The notes under the pieces: model-generated | What the model saw: the letters and a program-made list of their open reading frames with translations, nothing else | Told to the model about the DNA's origin: nothing | Database searches by the model: none | Translations under genes and position numbers: made by a program | Assembly (NCBI GenBank): GCA_043750125.1 | Contig: JAYVCD010000355.1 | Span: 1 to 12,814, forward strand | Origin: Archangiaceae bacterium | GTDB lineage: Bacteria > Myxococcota > Myxococcia > Myxococcales > Myxococcaceae | Length of the DNA: 12,814 nucleotides | Direction: 5' to 3' | Part shown: positions 1-8,208 of the stretch, piece by piece | Numbering within the stretch: the first letter of the stretch is position 1 | How the letters are laid out: every line of letters begins with the position of its first letter

Positions 1-158
1 GAGCACGGCCCCAGTCCGTCAATCTCTTCCTTCAGCTGGGCGCCCTCTGCATCAAGATTGAAAGCTGCCTTCACCTTCAGCGGCCGCTTGCGGTCCGACA
101 TCTGCTGAAACCACTTCGCCAACGTCCATCGACTCATCCCCAGCTCTCCAGCGGCTAC
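1..158 (-). pseudogene. Helix-turn-helix protein fragment, possibly transposase-associated (IS3 OrfA / IS66 TnpA-like); runs off the left edge, 5' end apparently lost
   Basis: Manual minus-strand translation VAAGELGMSRWTLAKWFQQMSDRKRPLKVKAAFNLDAEGAQLKEEIDGLGPC is open to base 1. 'AAGELGMSRWTLAKW' fits the A-x-E-L-G-[IVM]-S-x-x-T-L-x-x-W HTH pattern. Not in the supplied ORF track. Confidence 0.4.
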
Positions 159-416
159 GTGAAGGCCGAGCTGTTGGTGATCGACGACTTCGCCGTGCTC
201 GCGATGGATCCGACGCAGGCCAAGCTCGCCTTTCAGGTCATCTCGGAACGCTACGAGTACAGACGGTCGACTTCGATCACCACCAATCGGGCATTCAAGG
301 ACTGGCCGAAGGTGTTCCCCGACGCACTCAACGCGGAAGTGATCGCCAAGCGCCTCACCGAGCGCTGCGAGCACTTCGTCCTCGACGGCAAAGGCTACCG
401 CCCCGAGGTTTCGTGA
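153..416 (+). pseudogene. istB: IS21-family helper ATPase IstB, C-terminal fragment
   Basis: Walker B LLVIDDF, followed by ISERYE, ITTN, F-x-x-W-x-x-x-F-x-D and terminal G-x-x-YR, typical of IstB/DnaC-like AAA+. No Walker A: the upstream in-frame sequence is open but unrelated to IstB. Confidence 0.85.
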
Positions 417-820
417 TGCCCGCCTGCGGCATCTGGCGCTCGAGGAATCGGCTGGTGGCCGTCGTCGTCGATGACGATGGTCGGGCTCCGCCTACCATCC
501 TCGCGGCAATCGACGACGAGGAACGCTGGGCGCTGCTCCAGCACGTCGATGCGGTGCACGGCCTCGACTGCGCGCTCGTCCTCACCGACGACCTGCTCAA
601 GGCAGACGACAACATCTGCAGCTTCGCTCTCGAGCGCGGTCGCGATTTCTGGGTCGTGCCCCGCAGGCTCGCTGACGCCATCCGCCTCGCCGCCGGCGTG
701 GCGACTGCGCCGCGCGTGGCGGCGATGATCGCCAGGCTGGCGATCGTCCCCGGTTTCCACGGCCATCTGCGTCGCATCGATCGCGGCGCCTACGACTGCC
801 GCCAACTGTCTCTGCTGTAG
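416..820 (+). CDS. IS-associated hypothetical protein (134 aa); degenerate IS110/RuvC-like (RNase H) fold with C-terminal QLSLL motif
   Basis: ATG at 416 overlaps the istB stop (TGATG); high GC3 codon use. The pattern CGIW..LVAVVVDDDGR ... LVLTD ... G.DFWVVP ... AAMIARL follows the DEDD_Tnp_IS110 layout without the catalytic acids. Confidence 0.7.
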   Translation: MPACGIWRSRNRLVAVVVDDDGRAPPTILAAIDDEERWALLQHVDAVHGLDCALVLTDDLLKADDNICSFALERGRDFWVVPRRLADAIRLAAGVATAPRVAAMIARLAIVPGFHGHLRRIDRGAYDCRQLSLL

Positions 821-968
821 AGCCAAGGACGACCACCGCCGGCCCGCGCCACCACCACAGCACTCAACCGGGAAGAGTCAGCCCGCCCACTGCCGTCATC
901 GACGAGCAGGTCGTCCCTGCGCGGCACTTGCGCTGTCGGATCGGGCGAAGAACCGCCCCGAGATCACC

Positions 969-1031
969 GGGTGGTCCCCTGGTCCCCGGTGATTCCGGTG
1001 ATCGGGGTGGGCTCAGACTCCGCTGGTGACA
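969..1031. repeat. IS21-type right end with subterminal repeat
   Basis: GGGTGGtcccctggTCCccGGTGA (969-992) aligns with GGGTGGgctcagacTCCgctGGTGA(CA) (1005-1031). CCGGTGAT occurs twice (986-993, 995-1002) with an inverted copy ATCACCGG (963-970). Confidence 0.65.
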
Positions 1032-1297
1032 GCCACAGCGCGAAGACGCTGGCAAAGCATCCGGACCTGCAGATGGTTTTGATCACGTTGAAGTGCGGCG
1101 ACAGCCTCGGTGAACATCTGGCAGCCGGATCCGTCGCCCTACAGGTCCTCGAGGGCAGCGTGCGTGTGAAGGTTTCGCGCGAAGTAGTCGACCTTGTCGT
1201 CGGCTCATTGCTCACGCTGGGGCCCTCGGTCCCGCACGACGTCGAAGCATTGGACGACAGTGCCGTGTTGCTCACCATCGCAGGCAACATCGAGTGA
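1032..1297 (+). pseudogene. Cupin-domain protein, N-terminus removed by the IS insertion
   Basis: HSAKTLAKHPDLQMVLITL..G..L.EH...G.V.LQVLEG ... L..G..L.L...VPHDVEALDDS.VLLTI is a two-His cupin_2 pattern. The first 20 codons of ORF 971..1297 are read from the IS end. Confidence 0.8.
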
Positions 1298-1322
1298 GAA
1301 GGGAGTCCGGAGCGCAGCGCGC

Positions 1323-2078
1323 TTAGGGCTGACTTGCAGGAAGTCCGCCGCCAGGAGCGACCAGACGCTGTGCGCGGGCGAGAATCTCTTGGGCCGTGGT
1401 GGGGTTCTCAGAGCGAACCGAGACCGCGAATCCATTGCCGACGGAGGTGACACGTGCCTCGACCCCTTTCGGGACGAGGGGGCAGTTGGGCATTTCCGAA
1501 ATCGCGTGCCCAAGCGCAGAATTTCGCGAGAGGTGACAGTCGACCAGGCGCTGCAACCATTCGGCGGTCATCCCTTCGACAGCGCGGAACGTCACGACTG
1601 CGCCGGCTGGGAGTCGCATTGAGTTCTTGCCACCCGTGGTTGAGTTCTCCAGTCGCACCACCGACACGATGTCCTCGGTGTGCGCGAAAGGGCTGATATC
1701 ACGGTCATCGGGAGCGATGCCCGCGCAGGCGGTGGTTTCGGCTTCCCTTAGTGCGGCAGATGCCGCGCGGTGGTCAGCGGCACGCTTGCGGAAGTCCTCA
1801 GCCGTCCGCCGATGCTCGTCCGTGGGGTTGACCGCTGACGTCCAACATGAAGCGACACTGTTCAGCTCGATCGCCCTCGCGCCCCTTCCAATTGGTGCAC
1901 AGCGCACCCTGGTGGTGGTCGCACCGGGCCGGTATTGCGCGTCGTGCCCGGGCGCCTGGGCCTCCTCTTGTCGGGCGGTGGCCTCATGCTGCGCGGCGCT
2001 CATGTCGTGAGGCTGCGCGCCGGGGGTTGCGCACGCAGCGAGGGCAAATAGCGAGAAAAGGGGAAGTGGTCGGTTCAT
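1323..2078 (-). CDS. Uncharacterised lipoprotein (251 aa), His/Cys/Met-containing
   Basis: Start moved to ATG 2078, which has GGAG upstream. Signal peptide MNRPLPLFSLFALAAC with lipobox LAAC; motifs QPHDMSAAQH, EWLQRLVDCH, EMPNCPL. Confidence 0.8.
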   Translation of the reverse strand: MNRPLPLFSLFALAACATPGAQPHDMSAAQHEATARQEEAQAPGHDAQYRPGATTTRVRCAPIGRGARAIELNSVASCWTSAVNPTDEHRRTAEDFRKRAADHRAASAALREAETTACAGIAPDDRDISPFAHTEDIVSVVRLENSTTGGKNSMRLPAGAVVTFRAVEGMTAEWLQRLVDCHLSRNSALGHAISEMPNCPLVPKGVEARVTSVGNGFAVSVRSENPTTAQEILARAQRLVAPGGGLPASQP

Positions 2079-2179
2079 GAGCTGCTCCAGGGTACGGGCT
2101 ATTGGATTGACCGAAGGTGCGGCCGCGGTCCGCCGAACATTTGCGGTCCGAGGCCGTCCCCGTTTGGGTTGCCCCTCAC

Positions 2180-2194
2180 GCACTTTGTGTGCCA
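2180..2194 (-). promoter_or_regulatory. sigma54 (RpoN) -24/-12 promoter for the 1323..2078 lipoprotein
   Basis: Minus strand TGGCAC-ACAAA-GTGC: exact GG-N10-GC spacing, one mismatch to TGGCAC-N5-TTGC, about 100 nt upstream of the ATG in a ~390 nt intergenic region. Confidence 0.65.
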
Positions 2195-2470
2195 CGAATT
2201 TCTGGGAGCGGTCGGAGATGGGTCTCTCGCGAGGCGGCGGATTCTCGGCGCAAGGATTGCGGTGTCACGTATTCAGTGCAACGGCAGCGCGAGAAGTCGA
2301 CACCTCTGGTGAGCGGTCGCGACCGAAAAGATGGCCCCCAAAGTGCCCGGCCCAACCGAGGTGCAGATCAGCCAGGGCCGTTTCGCCGGTGGCTTCAAAC
2401 TGGCGGAAAGGGTGCTGACCCGCGAAGAGCCCGAGACGGAAGTGTCTTCAGACCTTTGCCTAAAGGCCCT

Positions 2471-3439
2471 TCAGGGGATGACGCAAGACGCTGCGCACTT
2501 CGAGGCGGTGCAGGTGCCGCTGACGCACTCGTCCCCGTTGCCGCAAGCGGCCATCTCGGCACCGCGCAGCGTGCAGGTGCCGGTGGTCGAAAGCGGGGCC
2601 ACTTTGCAGAACGAGCCGACGCAGCCCGCGTTCTCGTAGTTGAACCCCATCAAAGTCACTCCGCATGCCGCCCCTGGCATCGCCGAGCGAACGCAGATGT
2701 TGGTGCTTGCGCACGAGGTGAAGGGCTCGCAGGTCCCATGGCCGAAGACGCATGCCTGGCCCTCTTTGATCGGTGTCGCGCACGTCTTGCCGACGCGATC
2801 GCAGATCAGCCCGAGCTTGCAACGCACCGAAGAGCTGCAGGCCACTGCGACCTCGGCGGTCCCATCGGCGGGGTTCGCCGTGCAGACGCTGTTGACGCAG
2901 CTGTGGCGGTTGACGCACTGGTCGCCCGTTGCGCAGGCCGCACCGGCTGCGAGCTGGGCTTTGCAGACTCCGGCGCAGGCGCCCGAGGCCTTCGCACAGT
3001 AGTTTACGTCTCCGCAGTCGACGTCGGCGTAGCACGCAGTGCCAATCGCAACTTTCCCGTTGAGCGCCTTCTTGCAGTCGGGCGAGACCGATGCTCCCGC
3101 GTTGATGATTGCAGTGCAGCTCAGGCCGGCGACCGAGGTGAGGCAGGGCTGAGCCGAGGTCGCATCGTAGGTGGCCCGATTCGCGGTGACCGACTTGTTG
3201 ACGTCGCTGCAGACAACGGCCGAGTCAATCTGTTTGACCCAGAGGTCTTTGGGCCCGCCCAGGCAGGTCGACGCCTGGCCGCCGATCGCGTCGACGTATT
3301 TGGTACAAAACTCGGTGAGCGTTTGCGCAGCGCCGCCACCACCGCCCGAACCTCCGCCGGACCCTCCGGTCGTTCCACCCGAGGAGCAACCGACGAGGAC
3401 AACGCACGCGACGAGCGAGATCGACTTCAAGCAGTTCAT
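2471..3439 (-). CDS. Cysteine-rich lipoprotein (322 aa), Dickkopf_N/EGF-like repeats
   Basis: Start ATG 3439 with AAGGAG RBS; lipobox LVGC; Gly/Ser linker; repeated G-x-x-C-x4-5-C-x4-5-C units (e.g. GTACYADVDCGDVNYC, GAACATGDQCVNRHSC, AACGNGDECVSGTC). Confidence 0.85.
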   Translation of the reverse strand: MNCLKSISLVACVVLVGCSSGGTTGGSGGGSGGGGGAAQTLTEFCTKYVDAIGGQASTCLGGPKDLWVKQIDSAVVCSDVNKSVTANRATYDATSAQPCLTSVAGLSCTAIINAGASVSPDCKKALNGKVAIGTACYADVDCGDVNYCAKASGACAGVCKAQLAAGAACATGDQCVNRHSCVNSVCTANPADGTAEVAVACSSSVRCKLGLICDRVGKTCATPIKEGQACVFGHGTCEPFTSCASTNICVRSAMPGAACGVTLMGFNYENAGCVGSFCKVAPLSTTGTCTLRGAEMAACGNGDECVSGTCTASKCAASCVIP

Positions 3440-3727
3440 GGGTGCTCCTTCATTCAAGAAAACTGACGGGGTGGTTTCGATGAGCTCTTCGACGATCAGA
3501 ACCCTGTCGACGACGATGAGCTCGACGCGGGGTTCTGCTCGCGGGCAGCGTCGGTCGTCTATCACGCTGAGCCGGGGATCTTCAGCGGAAAGCTCCCGTG
3601 AGAATCGTACAGGGTGAGCGCAGCCGTTTGGTCGCCCAGGGCGTGCTCGACATCACCCAGCGGGGTCACGTCGTCATGCCTCGACCGCGAAAGGACCGTT
3701 TCGCCTGCGCCGCTGATGCGCCCGTGT

Positions 3728-4885
3728 TCACAGCCTGACATCCGTCGTCAGCCTGCTGATAGCGACCGCGCGGATCTTCGGGGCGAGTTGAAACGTGTGC
3801 TCCCCGGCATGAACGACATCGAGCTGGTCGAGCTTCAAGTCCTCCATCGCGATGTGCATCGACCTGGTCACCGCGGGCGCGACCGTGAGCTTGATCTCGA
3901 ACCCCCGCCGCTTGCCGTCGCGGATGACGAGGAAGTCGAGCTCCGCCCCCTGGTAGGTGGACCAGAAGAAGCACTCGCGCTCGTCGAGGCTGAGCAGATC
4001 CACGAGCTGCTCGATCACAAAGCCCTCGAACGACCCCCCCCCCGCAGCGGGAGAACCCAGCAGCGCCTGTTCCGTCCGGATGCCGAGCAATGCGTGGAGC
4101 ATCCCGGGATCGCGCAGGTACACCTTCGGCGCCTTGACTTCCCGCTTGCCGAGGTTCGCGTGCCAGGGCCGCAACGATCGAACCATGAACGTCTGAACGA
4201 GCGCGTCGAGGTAGCGCCGCACGGTGGTGTCGCCGACTCCAAGCGAGCCGCCCAGCTGCGAGTAGTTGATCAGCTGCCCGTGCACGTGACCCAACATCGT
4301 CCAGAACCGAAGCATCGTCGGAGCCGGGACCCCGATCCCCAGCTGAGGAAGATCCGTCTGAATGAACGTTCGAATGAAGCCTTCCCGCCACCGCCAGCTT
4401 TGATCCTCGGTTCGCGCGGTGAAGGCGGCCGGAAACCCTCCCCGGCGCCACAGCTTCTTCCACGCCGTCGGCTTCACCTCGGTCAGGCTGAGTCCGGGGA
4501 GGACGTAGAACGTCACCCGGCCCGCGAGGCTCTCACTGCTCTGCTTGAGCAGCTGCGGCGAGGCGCTGCCCAACACGAGGAACCGCGCCGGGAGCGGACG
4601 CCGATCGCCCAGCCCGCGCAGAGTGGGAAACAACTCAGGGCGCAGCTGCACCTCGTCGAGGACAATCAGGCCCTCCAGAGGCTCGAGTGCCAGAAGGGGG
4701 TCGGTGAGCCGCGCGAGGTCGGTCGAACGCTCGAGGTCGCAGAACTCCACCGGAGGCTTCCTCGATCGGGCGACGGCGCGGGCAAGCGTCGTCTTCCCCA
4801 CGTGCCGGGGCCCAAGCAGCGCCACCACCGGAGTCTCACGCAACAGCTTTCCCAGCGTGCGCTCGTGCTTGAGTCGTCGAATCAC
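3728..4885 (-). CDS. AAA_14 ATPase with C-terminal DUF4143 (wHTH + PD-(D/E)xK-like) domain
   Basis: Likely start GTG 4885 (MIRR...). Walker A GPRHVGKT, Walker B IVLDEVQ, LGSAS, ESLAGR, RGGFP, KAPKVYLRDPG, GAELDF...FEIK. Confidence 0.9.
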   Translation of the reverse strand: MIRRLKHERTLGKLLRETPVVALLGPRHVGKTTLARAVARSRKPPVEFCDLERSTDLARLTDPLLALEPLEGLIVLDEVQLRPELFPTLRGLGDRRPLPARFLVLGSASPQLLKQSSESLAGRVTFYVLPGLSLTEVKPTAWKKLWRRGGFPAAFTARTEDQSWRWREGFIRTFIQTDLPQLGIGVPAPTMLRFWTMLGHVHGQLINYSQLGGSLGVGDTTVRRYLDALVQTFMVRSLRPWHANLGKREVKAPKVYLRDPGMLHALLGIRTEQALLGSPAAGGGSFEGFVIEQLVDLLSLDERECFFWSTYQGAELDFLVIRDGKRRGFEIKLTVAPAVTRSMHIAMEDLKLDQLDVVHAGEHTFQLAPKIRAVAISRLTTDVRL

Positions 4886-4897
4886 GTCAAAACGGGA

Positions 4898-4934
4898 CCA
4901 TGAAGATTCGATGCTCAACGACGAATATTCATGG
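4898..4934. promoter_or_regulatory. 13-bp inverted repeat (operator-like) upstream of the ATPase gene
   Basis: CCATGAAGATTCG-N11-CGAATATTCATGG, 12/13 match, AT-rich, 12 nt from the GTG start. Confidence 0.6.
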
Positions 4935-5067
4935 AATGAGGAATGGACCCGCTGTTCTCGGCGAAGACCTGGAAGGCACGGTCGGAGCGCCTCTACAGCG
5001 GCAGGCGGCGGCCCGCGTGGCGTTTAGGAACTTGCTGGTCCGCCTTTGGGATGCGCGACGCAGCGGC

Positions 5068-5102
5068 TTGAGAAGGCCAGATTGACGTACTAAATTCTGA
5101 CC
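5068..5102 (+). promoter_or_regulatory. sigma70-type promoter and overlapping operator of the TA operon (probably leaderless)
   Basis: TTGAGA (5068-5073), 17 nt, TAAATT (5091-5096), 7 nt, ATG 5104; no SD. Imperfect palindrome 5075-5102 (9/14) centred on GTAC. Confidence 0.6.
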
Positions 5103-5103
5103 T

Positions 5104-5385
5104 ATGAAAGCCTCGAGTATTCGTCCCATCACCGAGCTGAAGAACCGAACCAAGCAGCTGGTCCAAGAGGTCTCCGACTCGGGCCAGTCGGTCGTGATTA
5201 CCCAGAACGGAAAGCCCAAGGTCGTCCTGATGGGCGTCGAAGAGCACGACCGCCTCAACGACACCCTGCTGATGCTGAAGCTGCTGGCGCATGGGCAGGA
5301 AGTGCAGCAAGGCGGCAAGCGGTACTCGACGGCGGAAGTCAGGAAGTTGGCGCACGCCGCCCTCGCGAGGGCGCGGAAGAGATGA
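5104..5385 (+). CDS. Type II antitoxin, Phd/YefM family
   Basis: IRPITELKNRTKQLVQEV...VVITQNGKPKVVLM is the Phd N-terminal DNA-binding signature; ATGA overlap with the toxin. Confidence 0.92.
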   Translation: MKASSIRPITELKNRTKQLVQEVSDSGQSVVITQNGKPKVVLMGVEEHDRLNDTLLMLKLLAHGQEVQQGGKRYSTAEVRKLAHAALARARKR

Positions 5386-5723
5386 GGGCTCGCCGGTACG
5401 CGGTGGAGTGGATGGAAGTCAGCCGTCGCGACCTAGAAGCCATCGCCGCGCATCTGTGGGTCGAAGCTCCACTGCGCGCTGAAAAGATCCTCGACCGGAT
5501 CATCGACAAAGGACAGTCGCTTCGCCGACTTCCACAACGGGGGCGTGTGGTTCCCGAGTTGCGCGATGTCGGAGAGCGCTCATGGCTCGAGCTTCAAGAG
5601 CACCCCTGGAGAATCGTTTATCGAATCACCGGAAACGCCGTCGAAATCCACGGGGTCCTGGACTCGCGTCGGCACCTCGATGACGTCCTGCGCGAACGAA
5701 TTGTCTCGGGCGCCCGAGTCTAA
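5382..5723 (+). CDS. Type II toxin, RelE/ParE family
   Basis: V.W...S..DL.AI ... A.K..D.I ... L...P.RGRVVPEL ... WRIVYRI...[10 protein letters not shown] pattern; 113 aa; coupled to the antitoxin. Confidence 0.9.
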   Translation: MRARRYAVEWMEVSRRDLEAIAAHLWVEAPLRAEKILDRIIDKGQSLRRLPQRGRVVPELRDVGERSWLELQEHPWRIVYRITGNAVEIHGVLDSRRHLDDVLRERIVSGARV

Positions 5724-5753
5724 GGCGGCCGATCCGAATTGGCCGATCCGGGT

Positions 5754-5773
5754 AGGCGCCATTGATGGCGCCT
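5754..5773. other. Perfect 9-bp inverted repeat between the toxin gene and phosphoketolase (hairpin or operator)
   Basis: AGGCGCCAT-TG-ATGGCGCCT with no U-tract; preceded by direct repeat GGCCGATCCG at 5727-5736 and 5741-5750. Confidence 0.4.
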
Positions 5774-5838
5774 CGTCGAGCCCTCAGTGTCGACTGGCCT
5801 TGTTGCATCCTTCCCGAAGTGAGACGAACGCAACCATC

Positions 5839-8208
5839 ATGGTCCAGGACACAATCGACTCCGACGAGCTCCAGGCACTCGACGACTATTGGCGTGCGGC
5901 GAACTACCTCACCGTTGGCCAAATATACCTGCTGTCGAATCCGCTTTTGCGCGAGCCCCTCCGCCTGCGGGACATCAAACCGCGCCTGCTTGGGCATTGG
6001 GGAACATCGCCAGGCCTGAGTCTTCTGTACGTCCATCTGAATCGGCTCATTCGAAAGCACGATCTCAACGTCGTCTATTTCGCCGGCCCCGGGCACGGGG
6101 GCCCGGCGATCCTGGCCAACCTCTATCTCGAGGGGACCTATTCAGAGGTCTATCGGAACGTGACGGAGAACGAGATCGGGATGTTGCGCCTCTTTCGCCA
6201 ATTCTCGACCCCCGGGGGAGTGCCCAGCCACGTGGGGCCGCCCACGCCGGGTTCCATTCACGAAGGAGGCGAGCTTGGCTACGTGCTGACCCACGCGTTC
6301 GGCGCGGTCTTCGATAATCCTGGTCTCCTCGCAGTAGCCGTGGTGGGCGACGGGGAAGCAGAGACCGCGCCTCTTGAAGGCTCCTGGAAGGGCATTCGCT
6401 TCCTCAACGCCGCCCGCGATGGAGCGGTGCTGCCAGTCCTTCACCTCAATGGTTACAAAATCTCGGGACCGACGGTGCTCGGTCGAGCGACGGACGCGTC
6501 GATCCGCAGCCTTCTCGAGGGGCATGGGTACGACGTTCATTTCGTGACGGGAGACGAGCCGCTCAAGGTTCATCGCGCGCTCGCTGCGACGTTGGACGCA
6601 TGCGTGGCGGACATTCGATCGATTCAAGAAGCGGCGCGAACGCGCGGAGTGGGCGGTACCCCGCACTGGCCCGCGATCGTCCTGCGGACTCCGAAAGGAT
6701 GGACGGGCCCGAAGACGGTGAATGGTCTGCCGGTTGAGGGCACGTTCCGAGCGCATCAGGTGCCGCTGGGCAATGTGCGGGCCGATCCAAAACAATTGTC
6801 GATGTTGGAGACGTGGATGCGCAGCTATCAGCCAGAGCGCCTCTTCGATGAGCACGGACGGCTGGCAAGACACTTGAGAGAGCTCGCTCCGAAGGGAGAC
6901 CGGCGCATGGGCAAGAACCCTCACGCAAACGGCGGGAAGCTCACCGTGCCCCTCGATATGCCCGACTTCGCGGCGTACGCGGTTTCTGTGCCCGAGCACG
7001 GCTCCGTTCACCACGAGTCGACGCGAGCGCTCGGGGGAATGCTGCGCGACATCTACTCCCGCAACCCCAAAACCTTTCGCCTTTTTTGCCCAGACGAAAC
7101 CAATTCGAATCGGCTGGGTGCGGTGTTCGAGGTCGAGACGCGCTGCTTCCAGGAGCCTACCATTGCCATCGACGACCACGTGTCCGCGGAAGGGCGGGTG
7201 ATGGAGGTGTTGAGCGAGCACAACTGCGAAGGGTGGCTGGAAGGCTATGTGCTCACCGGCCGCCACGGCCTCTTTGCGACCTACGAGGCGTTTGCCCTCA
7301 TCGTCGCTTCGATGGCGACTCAACATGCCAAATGGCTCGAAACCTGCGCTTCCCTGCCTTGGCGAGAGCCTGTTCCGTCGCTCAACTACCTGCTCACCTC
7401 AACCTGCTGGAGAAACGACCACAACGGGTTCAGCCATCAGGGCCCGGGGTTCATGGACACCATCATCTCGAAGAGAGGCACTGTCGCGCGCGTCTACTTG
7501 CCCCCTGATGCGAATTGCCTCTTGGCGATCGCCGACCATTGCCTGCGCAGCAAGAACTACGTGAACCTCATCATCATCGACAAACAGCCGCAGCTTCAGT
7601 GGCTGGACATGGCGGCGGCGCGCGAGCATTGCGCGAGGGGTGCGTCGACATGGGAATGGGCCGGCACGGAAGGGAACGCGAAGGATGGGACCGAGCCCGA
7701 TCTGATTCTCGCCTGCGCCGGAGATGTGCCGACCCTCGAGACGCTGGCCGCAGCTTCGTGGCTGCGAAAGAACGTGCCGTCGATGCGCGTGCGCTTCGTG
7801 AACGTGGTCGACCTGATGACGTTGTTCTCACCGCGGGAGCATCCGCATGGAATGAACGACGACAGATTCATCGAGCTCTTTACGAGGGATACTCATGTCC
7901 TCTTCTCGTTTCACGGATACCCCGGCGCCATCCATCAATTGCTCCACGGTCGGCCGAATGCCCACCGCTTCCACGTGCGCGGGTACAAAGAGGAAGGAAC
8001 GACGACGACTCCCTTCGACATGGTCGTTCTGAACGAAACAAGTCGGTTTCACCTCTGCATGGATGCGATCCGGCGTACCCGTCGACCGCTCGCTGACGCA
8101 GGCGAGCGCATCCAGGATTGCGCCCGCATCCTCGAAAATCATCGCGCGTACGTCGACGAGCACTTCGAAGACATGCCTGAAATCTCAAACTGGACCTGGA
8201 CCCCTTGA
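5839..8208 (+). CDS. xfp: Xylulose-5-phosphate/fructose-6-phosphate phosphoketolase (789 aa)
   Basis: [38 protein letters not shown] motif GDGEAET...[49 protein letters not shown]. Start set to ATG 5839 because the extension to 5545 overlaps the toxin gene. Confidence 0.97.
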   Translation: MVQDTIDSDELQALDDYWRAANYLTVGQIYLLSNPLLREPLRLRDIKPRLLGHWGTSPGLSLLYVHLNRLIRKHDLNVVYFAGPGHGGPAILANLYLEGTYSEVYRNVTENEIGMLRLFRQFSTPGGVPSHVGPPTPGSIHEGGELGYVLTHAFGAVFDNPGLLAVAVVGDGEAETAPLEGSWKGIRFLNAARDGAVLPVLHLNGYKISGPTVLGRATDASIRSLLEGHGYDVHFVTGDEPLKVHRALAATLDACVADIRSIQEAARTRGVGGTPHWPAIVLRTPKGWTGPKTVNGLPVEGTFRAHQVPLGNVRADPKQLSMLETWMRSYQPERLFDEHGRLARHLRELAPKGDRRMGKNPHANGGKLTVPLDMPDFAAYAVSVPEHGSVHHESTRALGGMLRDIYSRNPKTFRLFCPDETNSNRLGAVFEVETRCFQEPTIAIDDHVSAEGRVMEVLSEHNCEGWLEGYVLTGRHGLFATYEAFALIVASMATQHAKWLETCASLPWREPVPSLNYLLTSTCWRNDHNGFSHQGPGFMDTIISKRGTVARVYLPPDANCLLAIADHCLRSKNYVNLIIIDKQPQLQWLDMAAAREHCARGASTWEWAGTEGNAKDGTEPDLILACAGDVPTLETLAAASWLRKNVPSMRVRFVNVVDLMTLFSPREHPHGMNDDRFIELFTRDTHVLFSFHGYPGAIHQLLHGRPNAHRFHVRGYKEEGTTTTPFDMVVLNETSRFHLCMDAIRRTRRPLADAGERIQDCARILENHRAYVDEHFEDMPEISNWTWTP

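Larger units (their letters stand above)
152..1031 (+). mobile_element. IS21-family insertion sequence remnant (right part: 'istB, accessory ORF, right end)
   Basis: istB C-terminal half, a coupled downstream ORF, and a terminus ending ...GCTGGTGACA at 1031 (TGTCA on the minus strand, fitting the TG...CA ends of IS21) with a subterminal repeat. No istA or left end in the window; the left boundary is approximate. Confidence 0.75.

Noticed and set aside
962-1031. Short repeats (CCGGTGAT, GGGTGG) as a possible CRISPR or iteron array
   Set aside because: Too short and irregular, no spacers or cas genes; better explained as IS21 subterminal repeats.
3467-3601. Acidic plus-strand frame (GFDELFDDQNPVDDDELDAGF...) with an imperfect hairpin CAGAACCC...GGGTTCTG
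   Set aside because: No start codon after the upstream stop and no recognisable family or RNA motif; could be a gene relic but cannot be supported.
5082-5108. TTGACG...TATGAA as the TA promoter
   Set aside because: The spacer is 15 nt and the -10 overlaps the start codon; the TTGAGA/TAAATT pair fits better.
5795-5807. TGGCCTTGTTGCA upstream of xfp as a sigma54 promoter
   Set aside because: GG-to-GC spacing is 7 nt rather than the required 10.
5545-5838. 98-aa N-terminal extension of phosphoketolase (likewise extensions of ORFs to 2195, 3565 and 4918)
   Set aside because: These overlap the toxin gene or regulatory DNA; family similarity, signal peptides or RBS begin at the downstream starts.
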